From assembly GCA_963769425.1 (NCBI GenBank), contig CAVYLP010000006.1, forward strand, positions 96,001-160,000: a stretch of DNA of 64,000 nucleotides, written 5' to 3'. The notes beneath the pieces are model-generated. The model saw only the letters and a list, made by a program, of their open reading frames with translations. It did not search any database and was not told the origin of the DNA. Source of the stretch: Candidatus Bathyarchaeota archaeon. GTDB lineage: Archaea; Thermoproteota; Bathyarchaeia; TCS64. How positions within the stretch are numbered: the stretch's first letter is position 1; each line of letters opens with the position of its first letter. Shown here piece after piece: positions 1-11,245 of this stretch. The translations under genes were made by a program, and so were the position numbers.

Positions 1-427
1 TGCCCTCCGTGAACCCGGTGCAGTTATTCCCGACGACCCTCACCCCGTCGGCACCGAGAACTATCCCACCCCCATCCCCCGTGTTCCCGGTTATCAGATT
101 CCCATCAAGCGTCGCCGTGCCCGGGGACACATCGTGAACCAGTATGCCGATGTAGTCCGCCTTGATCTCGCACCGAGTAATGACGAAGTACGCGTGGGTG
201 TTGACGACCTCGATCCCGTTGGACATGTTGCCCCTCGAATCGATCCTGAGGCCTTCGATGACGTAGGGATCCCCCTTCACCCCGCTCCCCTCGTACCCAT
301 TCGCGACGAAGTCACCGTCCGAGTCGATCACAACTGGCGAGGACTCAACGGTGGAGTAACCCATCGCCAAATGGGAGAACAGGCCCACGCAGGCGAGCAC
401 CGAGACTAGAAGGAGTAGCCGATTCAA
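1..427 (-). CDS. Secreted right-handed beta-helix (NosD-like) protein, runs off the window edge
   Basis: Manual translation from TTG 427: MNRLLLLVSVLACVGLFSHLAMG signal-like N-terminus, then GSGVKGDPYVIEGLRIDS...GIEVVNTHAYFVITRCEI, typical of archaeal beta-helix surface proteins. Confidence 0.75.
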   Translation of the reverse strand, partial: MNRLLLLVSVLACVGLFSHLAMGYSTVESSPVVIDSDGDFVANGYEGSGVKGDPYVIEGLRIDSRGNMSNGIEVVNTHAYFVITRCEIKADYIGILVHDVSPGTATLDGNLITGNTGDGGGIVLGADGVRVVGNNCTGFTEG

Positions 428-541
428 CTCAACGAGTCTATCGATGGTTCAAGGGAAAAATATAGTTAAAGACCGTTGCTGGGATGGCAGGATCAATTCT
501 CTTGGGTCTCAGCTTTTACGCGCCCGTTGCGGGCCACGTCT

Positions 542-1359
542 TTAACTACTGGCTAAGCCGCTCCCGGCTCTCGGCGATCTTCTTTGGGAGCCAATCGCGC
601 TCCTTACCCTTGGACCTGGCCCAGTAGTGCTCAAAGAGGTCGAGACACCACCTGTGGAACTCGGGGTCAGCCGACATCAGGCCGGTGTAGTCGAACCGCC
701 CGTCGAGGCGGGGGAAGCTTAGGGAGAGCCACCCCCTTCTCGGACATCGCCAGAAAGAAGTCGCAGCTCTCCATGGTGTGGTTGACGAATTGCCCGCTCC
801 TCAGCGCCTCATCGTACGTCGGTGTATTACGGTAGTCGGGGGGGACGACTATGTCCACGGGGTCGAGGAGCCTCTGCTTTACGCCCCTCTCGAACGCCTT
901 CTCCGCGTATGGAACGATCGTGATCATTAATCGGTCGGTCACCCTGAGAACGTATTCTTCCGCCTCCATGTACATCCTCTCGACGTTCTTGAACACGACC
1001 ATGACGTCGTCTATGAGCTGGGAGTTGCTAAGCTCGCCGAGACGCATCTGGAACATGGGTGGTATCCGCTCGATGGTGTGCCCGAGGAAGTAGTCGCGGT
1101 GCATCGTCGAGAATTCGAGGGGCCTCAACTGGGTGAGGACCTGGGAGGCATACGGCGTCAGCTTGATTACCCCGTCAGGCTCCTTCGCCACGAGCCCCAC
1201 GGAAGCGAGCCTCGATATGTGCCTGCTACACTCCTGATTCGTGATCTGGAGTTCCCTTGCCAGTGAGGTGAGCTTGCTCCGCCGCTCCCCGATCATCCGC
1301 AGGATGCCGATGCGCTCCTCGCTTGAGAGTTCAAAGAGGAGGTCGCAGAGATCCCCCAT
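542..1359 (-). CDS. ArsR-type winged-helix regulator with DUF1724/FilR1-like C-terminal domain (frameshift near 720)
   Basis: MGDLCDLLFELSSEERIGIL...QECSRHISRL HTH, RLGEL motif; C-terminus SFPRLDGRFDY...DPEFHRWCLDLFEHYW lies in another frame. Confidence 0.8.
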
Positions 1360-1429
1360 CTTCACGTCCACGTTTGATGCTTTGTCCCAAGCAGTAATAA
1401 AATGCGTGTATGCGGGAGAAGGGTCACGG

Positions 1430-1695
1430 TCAGCTCCAGGAGACGACACCACACTCGTCGACGCTAGCAGGGCCGTGACGACCGAAGGGATTAGTAGTAC
1501 AATAAGCGATGTCACCGGCAGGATCTGGCCGAGTTGTGCAGCTCCCGACGGTAGGTTGAGGATCTGGTTCACAGCGAATACGTTCTCGAATATGATGATA
1601 ATCGGTAGCACCGAGACGGAGAGGAAGACGTAGCGGTTCTTCGTCGTCTCCTGGAGGTCCTTCTTGAAGATCTCGACCACGGCGGCCCAGTTCAT
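1430..1695 (-). pseudogene. ABC-2 type permease, internally deleted
   Basis: MNWAAVVEIFKKDLQETTKNR start with two TM segments, then a jump after ASTSVV to a probable C-terminus VVSWS* in another frame; the usual GEKE..TLE.LL loop and later TM segments are absent. Confidence 0.65.
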
Positions 1696-2461
1696 TGCGG
1701 GGCCTCCTTAGACGACTTAACGAGCCTAAGATAGACTTCCTCAAGGCTGTGCCGGACCTCGCCGACGAACTGGACCCTGTACCCCGCCTTGACGAGGAGG
1801 TCCACGATCTGCGGGTTCTCATCCTCTGGGTCCTCGACCTCGAGTACGAGCTTGTTCTCGGAACGCTCGGCGGAGCGGACGAAGGGAAGGGCGCGCAGCT
1901 TCGCGACGACGCCGTCGTCCGCGGCCTTGAGGTGGAATACTATGGTGCGCTTGAATAGGTTGGCCCTGAGGTTGTCGGGTGTGTCGAGGGCAATGAGGCC
2001 CCCCTGTATTACGGCGACGCGGTCGCTGAGCCGGTCCGCGTCGTCTAGGTTGTGGGTGCTAAGGACGACGGTCTTCCCCTTCGCCTTGAGGTCGAGTATG
2101 AAATCCTTCACCGTCTTCGAGGCGACTGGGTCGAGGCCGGACATAGGCTCGTCCATGAAGACGTACTCAGGGTCATGTAGGAGGGCGCGAATTATGGCGA
2201 GCTTCTGCTTCATCCCCTTCGAGTAGGTCTGAACGGCCTCCCCACGCCTCTCCCAGAGGTCAAAGGACTGGAGCAGGTCGTGCATCCGCGTCCCGAGTTG
2301 GGGCTGCTTCACGCCGAAGAGCTTGCCGTAGAACTCTAGGTTGCGCTGGGCCGTGAGGGTGTCGTAGTGGCCGGGGACCTCGGGCTGGACACCCACGTTC
2401 CTGTGCACCTGCATGGGGTTCCGAGTCACGTCTACGCCCTCGATTGTGCACGTGGCTTCAA
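1692..2461 (-). pseudogene. ABC transporter ATP-binding protein lacking the Walker A region
   Basis: Signature YSKGMKQK, Walker B VFMDEP and H-loop STH are present; no GxxGxGKT between the TATA-like TTTAAATA (~2470) and TCTIEGVDVTRNP. Confidence 0.75.
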
Positions 2462-2537
2462 CGCTTGGATAATTTTATTTAAAGCTATTTTAGAAGAAAA
2501 AAGCACACACGACACCTTAGGAAGAAGAAAAGCTGTG

Positions 2538-3775
2538 CTAGTCTTGCTGGGCATAGGCTTCCTCGCCGTGCTCAACGAGGTCGAGGCCCTTCCTGCTCCT
2601 CCTCTGGCGTAACCCTGAGGGGGGAGAAGACATTGATCACCTTTAGGATGATGTAGGTCCCCACGAAGGAGTAGGCGCCGACCACGGCGACGCCGACGAA
2701 CTGCGCGAAGAACAGGTTTGTGTTCCCGTAGAGGAGGCCGTTCGAGCCCGCGGCGTTGACCGCGACCGTCGCGAAGAGGCCAGTTGCAAGTGACCCGATG
2801 ATGCCGCCGACGCCATGGCACGCGAAGACGTCGAGTGAGTCATCTACCTTGAGCCTCGTGGCCCTCCAGTTGGAAACGAGGTTTGATACGACGCCGGCGG
2901 TCAGACCTATGAGTATCGCCGCCCAGGGGGCAACGTAACCCGAGGCGGGTGTGACCGCCGCGAGACCACAGACCGCGCCCACAGCCAGACCGACGACCGA
3001 GGGTCTACCCTTACCCATCCAATCGACGGCCATCCAGCTCACAGCCGCCGCAGCGGCCGCGAGGTTCGTGTTCACGAGGGCATAGACCGCGACGGTGTCG
3101 GCGGCGAGGGCACTGCCAGCGTTGAACCCGAACCAGCCGAACCAGAGTATCGAGGCACCCAGGATCACGTAGGGGATGTTGCTCGGCTTCATCTCCTCGT
3201 GGTTCTCCACATCTTGCCTCCTACCGATCACGAGGGCAGCCGCGAGCGCCGACAACCCAGCAGCCGCGTGGATGACTATTCCACCGGCGAAGTCGAGTGT
3301 ACCCAGCAGGTGGAGCCAGCCGTCGACGTTCCACACCCAGTGAGCCACCGGGCTGTAGATGAGGGTCGACCACGCGATTATGAAGATGAGGAGCGACTTG
3401 AACCTCATTCTCTCCACGAATGCCCCGATGATCAGAGCGGGGGTAATCGCCGCGAACTTGAGCTGGAAAGCGAACTGGAGCAGCTCGGGGATCGTCGGGC
3501 CGTAATTCGGGTTAGCCGCGGCGCCCACGCCGTTAAGCCCGAAGTTGGCCAAGCTCCCGATGAAGCCCCCGATCGATGGCCCGAAGACGAGGGTGTAACC
3601 CCAGAGAGCCCAGACGATGCTCACGATCGCGAAGATAACAATGCACTGAATGATTGTTGAGAGGATGTTCTTCCTCCTCACCAGGCCACCGTAGAAAAAA
3701 CCGAGGCCCGGCGTCATGAACATGACCAGAGCAGTAGCAACCATAATCCAGGAAATATCGCTGCGAACTTATCAT
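2538..3775 (-). CDS. amt: Ammonium transporter (Amt); 1-bp indels near both termini
   Basis: FMTPGLGFFYGG, DFAGGIVIH, WFGWFGFNAGS, DDSLDVFACHGVGG; C-terminus GLDLVEHGEEAY recovered by a frameshift. Confidence 0.95.
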
Positions 3776-4077
3776 CCAAACACCTTGTCAAGGGGTCCAA
3801 AATACGATATTTAGAGTTTTTCTGCAAAATAATTACGGAAAATTTATGATTGTCCTGTAAAGACTAAGGATAATTCTACGTTTTCTATCTAAACGCCACT
3901 ATTTCTAATATATACCAAGATTCTACGGGAAAAATGCGGGGGGAAACTGAATATTTCCAAAAAAATCGAACAGTTATCTACAAACAACTGGAAAGAGCCG
4001 AAAAAGGTATGAAAGCTTGTTTCCGAAGAATCTCCGGTTATGAAAACCGGAAGAAATCGACTAAAACGCGTCTTAGA

Positions 4078-4542
4078 TTAGATTATGAAGTATTTAGGGC
4101 AGACCTCGCTCTCGCTCGCCCAGAGAGCAGTCTGTATGCTCTTGATCCCGGGTATCGCGGAGATCTCCTTCCCTAGACTCATTAGGTGGTTGAAGTTGTG
4201 GATGACGCCTATCGCGAGCAGGTCGTGATCCCCTACCGTCTTCGTGGCCACGATTATATTTGGCATCTTGATCAAGGTCTTCAGGATCTTCGTCGAGTCA
4301 GGCTTAGCGCCGCCGATCTGAGAGACGTCAATGTGAAAAGCCGCCATCCCCTCGTACCCGATCAGCTTCGGATCAACAATCACTGTCGAGCCCCGTACGT
4401 CACCCGAGTCCAGGAGACGCTGGAAGCGATTGATTACCGTGTCTGGGCTCTTGTCGAGGACCTTCGCTATCTTCCGGAAACTCATCCTCGCGTCCTCGGT
4501 GAGCATCTCTATGATCTTCTGGTCGACCTCATCCATGCTCAT
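4078..4542 (-). CDS. Lrp/AsnC family transcriptional regulator
   Basis: MDEVDQKIIEMLTEDARMSFRKIAKVL HTH followed by RAM domain. Confidence 0.9.
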   Translation of the reverse strand: MSMDEVDQKIIEMLTEDARMSFRKIAKVLDKSPDTVINRFQRLLDSGDVRGSTVIVDPKLIGYEGMAAFHIDVSQIGGAKPDSTKILKTLIKMPNIIVATKTVGDHDLLAIGVIHNFNHLMSLGKEISAIPGIKSIQTALWASESEVCPKYFII

Positions 4543-5009
4543 CGGCTCTCCTTTAAGAGCTCAAGCTCGAAGTTCTCGGGGCAGAGGAGGACATCGTCAA
4601 CCCAGATGCTCGTCTTTAGATCCTTTACGTGGGTGAGCGCCTTGACGGATTCCCTGAGTAGGTTAAGCTCCTTCATACTCCGGAGGACGGCGATGGCGAA
4701 GATGTTCTGCATCCCCATGCTGGGGGTGCAGAAGACGACGCCGGGCTGCTTCTTCATAGCGGCCACCACCTCAGCGACATCGACGGCGTCGACGTTCACC
4801 TCGAGGCTAGCAAGGCAGTCCATCCCCATGAGCCTCGGCTCGAGGAGGATCGTCGTCCCCTTCACGACGCCGTTCTTCTCCAGGCGCTGTAGGCGCTTTA
4901 TGATAGTGTCAACGCTGACGCCGCACTCCTTGGCGATGTCGGCGAAGTTTGTTCGGGCATCCTTCTGCAGGTTGCGGAGCACCCTGACGTCAGTGTCGTC
5001 GAATTTCAC
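4539..5009 (-). CDS. Lrp/AsnC family transcriptional regulator
   Basis: DDTDVRVLRNLQKDARTNFADIAKECGVS...RLQRLEKNGVVKG; stop overlaps the start of the next Lrp gene. Confidence 0.9.
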   Translation of the reverse strand: MKFDDTDVRVLRNLQKDARTNFADIAKECGVSVDTIIKRLQRLEKNGVVKGTTILLEPRLMGMDCLASLEVNVDAVDVAEVVAAMKKQPGVVFCTPSMGMQNIFAIAVLRSMKELNLLRESVKALTHVKDLKTSIWVDDVLLCPENFELELLKESR

Positions 5010-5449
5010 TCTGGCACCACGTACGTACCGTAATTACCTCCCTTTTAACGATCGCTATTTTCGGACAATTGGTTGTTAAAAGGTCATATTTCTGCGAATA
5101 TGTTTGTTTGTCCGGTTCAACTTTAATAATCGGACAATTTACGAAACAGAGGGTATATTTATCGATGAAAAATGGGTCGTTTTATCCCCTTGCACAATTT
5201 CACTCTCCGTGATCAAGGTTTCCGCCCCCAGCGCCCCAAAACGGGCTTTCACGCGTTTATATACGCTAAATCTTGAGATATAATCGGATAAGACTTGAAG
5301 AGAGCCTTCCTCTACGGCGGGAAGGTTGAGCGGCTCCGGGTGACGGTGAGGCTATCCTGATCGTACTCAGCCTCGCGGCGTGCGATCACGGTCAGCTGAT
5401 ACGCCTCTGAACGGAACAAGTTCTATCCATAGAAGCGGATAGATTAGGT

Positions 5450-6514
5450 ATGTTGGATTTCACCCGGTTCGGTGGGACGCAGGTCGTCGACTGCCACGTT
5501 CACCCTTGGCCGCCTTGGAAGGCGGACACCAAGCTGGATGAGGCGGCGCTAAAGTCAAAGTCGGCTGGAGCTCACGGAGACCATCACCACGGGGCGGTTG
5601 AGCCAGATGCACGTCTACGGGAACCCTGACCACGCTGCCCTATACCTAAAAGCTGCGAACCCCGGGTTACTCTACGCTGGGGGCTACGCGCCGTGGAGCT
5701 TCGACGCTAAGGGGTGGATGGGCACGGATTGGTCCAGATACGTCGAGTCGCTCGTGACTCTCGGCTACGACGGGATCGGGGAGATGGGGGCGAAGCCGGT
5801 GACCCGGGACAGGCACACGCCCCTCGACTCCCCAGCCTACGAGGGGTTCTGGGGCGCCTGCGAGGACGCGAGGTTCCCAGTCGTCTGCCACGTGGGGACC
5901 CTGAGGAGTTCTGGAGCGAGGAGCAGACGCCTCAGTGGGCGAAGGCGCGGGGCTGGGGCTACTACAGGGGGGACTACCCCGCCCTTGAGGAGCTGTACGG
6001 TGAGGTGGAGAACTTCCTCATCCGCCACCCCAGGGTCACCGTCGTCTTCCCCCACTTCCTCTTCCTCTCACCACACATGGAGAGGCTCGACGACTTCTTC
6101 AACCGCCACCCAAGCGCAAACGTCGACCTCACACCCGGCATAGAGCTCGTCTACAGCATCAGCCGCCGAAGAGACGACTGGCGCCGCTTCTTCACTCGGC
6201 GCGCAGACAGGATACTCCTCGGCACGGACATAGGCATGAGCAAGACCGTCGAGGAACACCTAGCGCGAATCTGGATACTCCGCATGTTCCTCGAGACGAG
6301 GGAGGAGTTCTACACACCCGACTCCGCGGACGAGTTGCTCACCCGCTACGAGGAGCCGTTCATCGGCCTCGACCTGCCGAAGGCCGCTCTGGAGAAGATA
6401 TGCTCAGGGAACTTCCATCAGACTCTGGGGAGCGAAGCCGAAGAGCGTCGACGTGAAAGCCGCAGCGGCTGCGTCAGAGAAGAATGGGCACGTCAGGCGT
6501 CGCGAAGGCATTGA
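5450..6514 (+). CDS. Amidohydrolase family protein (several frameshifts; end approximate)
   Basis: MLDFTRFGGTQVVDCHVH (HxH), PVVCHVG, FPHF and RILLGTD motifs spread across three frames. Confidence 0.8.
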
Positions 6515-6534
6515 AAAGCGTAAGGTAGCGAGAA

Positions 6535-7410
6535 TTATTCGGCCTCTATCTTCTTGGGGGCCTCAGCACGCTTCACGAGGTCCCTGACCGCCCCCGCGAG
6601 CTCCTCGCACGCGACGCGGCGCACCTCGACCGAGCCGTCGACCTCCGCCTCGGCGACGAGCTTGTCGACCTCCCTCCTCTCGGCGGCGACCTTCTCGAGT
6701 ATCACGCCCCTCTCCTGCTCGTACTCACTCTGGAGTACGGCAAGCTCCTCAGCGAACTTGGCCTTGGTCACCTCCACGCCCTTCTCCGCGTCGGAGAGCC
6801 TCGACCTCGCCTCCTCCTCCATCTTCGCCTTGCTCTTCGTGAAGCGCTCCAGGAACCCGACCTTCGACTCGAGCACCTCATCCAGCTTGGCGCGGAGCGC
6901 CTCGACGCTGCTCGTCAGCTCCTTGAGATTGGCGTCCCTTCGGGTCGCTTGCTCCCTCAGCTTCTCGTCGTGCTCCTGCTCCGCGTGGAAGAGAAGGTCC
7001 TTGGAGCCGTGTAGGCCCATGATGGTCGCCTCCCTCGACGCCTCCTTCGTCTGCTCCGCCTTCAGCGCCGCCTCGACGGCTGAGAGGATGCTGGCGCGCT
7101 CCTCGCGGAACTTGTCGTCCAGCTCGACGACCTTGCTCGCCTCGAAGTCGTCGAGGACGCTGCCGAGGCTCTTGAGCCACCTGTCGAAGTGCTGGTTGAA
7201 GGGCGCCATCGCGAATGTCTGCGAGCCGAGGGTCTCGAGGCCCGCGATGCTCCTGTCGACGACCTCTTTAGGGTCTGTGCACCGCATCTCTGCCCGGCGT
7301 GACCCGGAGGCGTGAGTCGTCGTCGCCTTCTTCGCCTTGGCCTTCTTCGGCCTGTCGAAGCCCCTTGGCCTGCTTGATCGGGCGCCACCTGCGCTCGGTT
7401 GATAACTCAT
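6535..7410 (-). CDS. Hypothetical coiled-coil protein
   Basis: Start MSYQPS at 7410; Lys-rich N-terminus and long E/K/A heptad-like region. Confidence 0.7.
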   Translation of the reverse strand: MSYQPSAGGARSSRPRGFDRPKKAKAKKATTTHASGSRRAEMRCTDPKEVVDRSIAGLETLGSQTFAMAPFNQHFDRWLKSLGSVLDDFEASKVVELDDKFREERASILSAVEAALKAEQTKEASREATIMGLHGSKDLLFHAEQEHDEKLREQATRRDANLKELTSSVEALRAKLDEVLESKVGFLERFTKSKAKMEEEARSRLSDAEKGVEVTKAKFAEELAVLQSEYEQERGVILEKVAAERREVDKLVAEAEVDGSVEVRRVACEELAGAVRDLVKRAEAPKKIEAE

Positions 7411-7459
7411 GAAGATAGAAGGAGCGGGAGGGAGTATTTCTAGGCTCGGACCGCGGGTG

Positions 7460-7709
7460 TCAGTCCTTAGCGTCTTCGAGTGCCCGCGCGAGCTGGTCCG
7501 GGCACGAGGTCCCTCTGCCGCTGCAGTCGATGCCGCGGAGCCTCCTGATGACCTCGTCGACCTCCATCCCCTCGACGAGGCTGGCGATGCCCTGCAGGTT
7601 CCCCTCGCATCCGTCGACGAACTCGACGTGCGAGACGCGCCCGCCATCGATCGGTGAAGAATATCCTCTCCGAGCAGACGCCCTCGGGTGTGTAAGACTT
7701 CTCCTCCAT
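7460..7709 (-). CDS. Stand-alone TSCPD-domain protein (TIGR03905-like), one frameshift
   Basis: YTPEGVCS...FVDGCEGNLQGIASLVEGMEVDEVIRRLRGIDCSGRGTSCPDQLARAL. Confidence 0.85.
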
Positions 7710-7777
7710 GCAAATCACTAGCGATGATCGGGGATTAGACGCCTCCGCCGTTTTTATACCATTTCCCGGAAAACGGG

Positions 7778-7947
7778 CTAACGCGGGTCGTTGTGGTGGG
7801 TGGCGTCGTAGAAGTAGTCCATGTACGTGGCAGCAGCTCGTCTCGGGGCAGAGCCTGCTACAGACGTACTCGGGGTAGACTAGCGAGCTCCTCGTCGACC
7901 TCCTCGGCCTCGAACTCCCTGCCGCAGATCGCCTTGAGCCTCACCAA
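7778..7947 (-). CDS. Possible small Cys-rich (zinc-finger-like) protein, frameshifted
   Basis: Fragments MVRLK..ICGREFEAEEVDEE / YPEYVCS / MDYFYDATHHNDPR* with coding-like codon usage; TATA-like TTAAAG upstream. Confidence 0.4.
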
Positions 7948-7999
7948 GGGTGATCAAAACTGGGAACGCTCGCCCCCTTTAAGGCGTTTCGACCGTGGC

Positions 8000-8992
8000 C
8001 TACTTTAGCTTCTCCCTCGGTATCTTGACGGCGAAGCGGCACTTCTCACCGCCGGCGAGGACGCTCTCCAGTACCTCGACCTCAAGCGGGACCCCGAGGA
8101 CGACCTCTAGGGGCAGCTTCTCGAAGCCAGCGCTGCAGTAGCAGAACGTGCCGAGGGGCCCCTCGGTGCCGTTGAGGATGGCCTCGCGTGCCAGCTGACA
8201 GTGGCAGGCGTAGTAGCGGCGCATCCTCGGGTCCTTCTCCTTGAGCCACTTATCGGGGGCGAAGGGTATCTTGCTCTTCAGCACCACATCCCCGTCGAGG
8301 ACGCCGTTCTGGATCGTCTGGTCACCTCCTCACGTACTCGACGACCTCCGGGGTGATCACCTGCTCGTACCAGAGCCTCCCCGACCTCATCGCCTCCTCG
8401 AGCTCCGCGACGAGGCGTCCGTGCTCCCCCGCGAGGAACTCCTCCATCGTCCCCGCCTCCTCGAATCGCTTCTTCATCTCCGAGAAGGCCTCGACGGGTA
8501 TCCTGTGGTGGTTGCCGGTCAGGACCTTCTTCACCTCCTCCGGCGAGAGGCGGGCGTTGAGCCTGTCCGAGCAGCTCCTTCGTGCAGGTTGGGTAGGCAC
8601 TCGGGTGGGGAGCCGAGCGGGCGGTTGCGTGAAGCCATCGAATACCTCACCGCGCTTCCCTCCCTCATCCAGCCGAGTCTCTCCCCGATGCTCGCGTAGA
8701 CGCCCCGACCACCGAGGATCGCGGCGAAGTAGGCGTAGAGGTCGTTCCTCTTAGTCAGCCAGAAGTAGCGGGCGAGGGCGAGCAGGCGGTCTTCCGTGTT
8801 CAACCCCGCCTCGATAAGCCCCGATACGTACCCCTTAATGTCCCCGAGGAAGGCCGACTCCAGGCCCTTCCCCTGCGAGCGGAGAACATCCTCGAACCCC
8901 CTGACGGCGACCACAGCGGCATCCACTGCATCCGCCTTCATCCCACGTCCCACGAGGTAGTCACGATACACTTTCTCCTCCAACACAAACAC
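8000..8992 (-). CDS. DUF6144-like protein with V4R-like Cys-rich C-terminus (several frameshifts)
   Basis: Three consecutive ORF pieces; C-terminal ACHCQLAR...FCYCSAGF...VEVLESVLAGGEKCRFAV. Confidence 0.7.
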
Positions 8993-9164
8993 CCCTGATC
9001 AGGGAGACGGGGCATCGAACTGAAAAAATATCCGAGGAATCCGTAGCTATGAGGTCAACATTAGCAAATAGTGGAAAAAGGTGCGGAAAACGATTTCTAG
9101 TCCTACATTTTATACGCGTTGAGGTGGAGTGAGTGGTACTCCCAAGGACTGGGCGTGTTCTGGA

Positions 9165-11245
9165 ATGCAAGGCAAGGAAGGAGTGACGATCAGGAGGAAC
9201 GTGTGCCAGGTCTGCTACTGTGACTGCGGCATGCTCACCTACATGAGGGGAGGGAAGGTCATCAAGGTCGAGGGGGACCCTGAGAACCCCCACAACAGGG
9301 GCGCCCTCTGTGCACAGGGTCGATCCGCACGGCAGATGCTCTACAACCCCGACCGCCTAAAGTACCCGCTAAAGAGGGTGGGCGAGAGAGGGGAGCGGAG
9401 AGTGGGAGCGCATCACCTGGGACGAGGCCCTCGACACAATCGCTGAGAAGACTCCTCGAAGTCAAGAAGAAGTATGGCCCCGAGGCACTCGCCTTCGTCA
9501 AGGGGCCGACGAGGCCAGATGATCGAGCAGGTCTTCCAGCGCTTCTGCTACGCCTATGGGACACCCAACTATTCGGGGAACTGGAGCTACTGCGTCGGCC
9601 CAAAGATGATAGGATACACCTACACATACGGAAAGACACCGCAGGGCTCACCCTATATGCCTTGGAGCGACTTCAGGAACTCAAAGTACATAATGCTCTT
9701 CGGCACAAACCCCGCGCTGAGCTTCATCCATCGCTACCCCCGTATCATGTCGGATATCCTCGACGCGAAGGAGGCAGGGGCCAAAGCTCGTTGTTGTCGA
9801 CCCACGCTTCACGGAGACCGCTTCGAAGGCGGACATCTACCTCCCCATCAAGCCGGGGACGGACGCGGCGCTCCTCCTCGCTATGATTCGGACCATCATC
9901 AGCTGAGGGGCTGCACGACACTGAGTTCGTCGAGAAGTACACCATCGGCTTCGAGAGACTGATGGAGCACGTTCAGAAGTACACGCCCGAGTACGCGGAG
10001 GAGATCACGGGTATCCCCGCTGAGCAAATAGTTGAGGTCGCGAGGCAGTTCGCGGCGGCGAAGCCCGCGTGCCTCGACAGGCGCGAGGGGGTACTCCACC
10101 ACACGAACTCGACCCACACACTACGCGCCATGGCGATTCTCCTCGCCATCACGGGGAACGTCGACAAACCGGGTGCCCTCCTCTTCAACCCCGGCGTCAA
10201 GCTGGGGAACATTACGCGGAAGGAGAGACTCAAGTCGAAGCCCATCTGGGCTGAGAGGTTCCCTCTCGTCGAGGACGCCACCGCCATCTTCGCCGAGGCC
10301 ATACTCACGGGGAAGCCCCACCCCATCAGGGCGATGATGTGCACAATAGCCAACCCCATACAGGAGTACCCTAACACGACGAAGGTCAGGGAGGCGCTCG
10401 GTAAGCTCGACTTACTCGTCGTCGACGACCTCTTCATGACGGAGACGGCGAAGATCGCGGACATAGTACTCCCCGCCTCCACATTCTTCGAGAAGACGGA
10501 GCTCTGCAAGACGCAGAACCTCGCCCTCACAAAGTACTTCCAGGTAAGCCACAAGGTGATGGAGCCGCTCTACGAGAGCCTCCCCGACTGGAAGTACATC
10601 TGCCTCCTCGCCAAGAGGATGGGACTCGAGGGCTTCGACTACGCCGACGAGGAGGAGATCATAGACGAGATCATAAAGCCCCTCGACGTGAGGGTGGCTG
10701 ACCTCGGCGAATCCGGCGTTTACTCGGTGCCATTCGAGGTCGGGCTGCTGCGCAAGAACGGCTTCTGCACGCCATCGGGGAAGATAGAGCTCTACTCCGA
10801 GCAGATGAAGCAACTCGGATACGACCCCCTGCCGAGCTACGTCGAGCCGCCCGAGACGGGAAGGAGCAGGCCTGATGCCGCGAAGAGGTACCCGTTCACC
10901 CTCATTACCGGCTCGAAGACCGCCGTCTACCACCACTCCCAGCAGCGCAACTACTCGTGGCTGAGGGAGTACGTGCCCGAGGCCGTCGCCGAGTTGAACG
11001 AGAAGACCGCCGCACGCCTAGGCATCGAGGAGGGGGACACGGTCGTCGTCGAGGGCCTCAGGGGGGAGGCGACCATGAAGGCCAGGCTCACTGGCGGGAT
11101 ACTCGAGGACGTCGTCAGCGTCACCCACGGCTGGGAGGGGAAAGCGAACATCAACTACCTCACCGACGACACGCAGCTCGACCCCGTCGCCGCGATGCCC
11201 GCATTCAGGACCATCCTATGCAACGTCAGGAGGGCCAACCCATGA
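9165..11245 (+). CDS. Mo/W-bisPGD oxidoreductase catalytic subunit (several frameshifts)
   Basis: CQVCYCDC...C 4Fe-4S motif, RLKYPLKR, WSYCVGP putative Cys ligand, FMTETAKIADIVLP, TPSGKIELYS. Confidence 0.9.

Noticed and set aside
667-1695. Novel membrane-anchored ArsR fusion protein
   Set aside because: Read-through from an internally deleted permease across the regulator's own promoter region; the regulator has its own ATG at 1359.
4011-4024. NrpR operator upstream of amt
   Set aside because: GAAA-N6-TTCC has a mismatch to GGAA-N6-TTCC and is ~240 bp from the start codon.
5295-5410. Fluoride-riboswitch-like RNA (GCTGAT..CCTCT)
   Set aside because: The conserved 5' GGCGATGG..TCGCC stem is missing; the stretch reads more like a short gene remnant.
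9904-9906. TGA as selenocysteine in the Mo enzyme
   Set aside because: It results from a 1-bp insertion (the protein continues AEGLHDTEFVEKYT in the next frame) and is not at the metal-ligand position. FdhA likewise has Cys.
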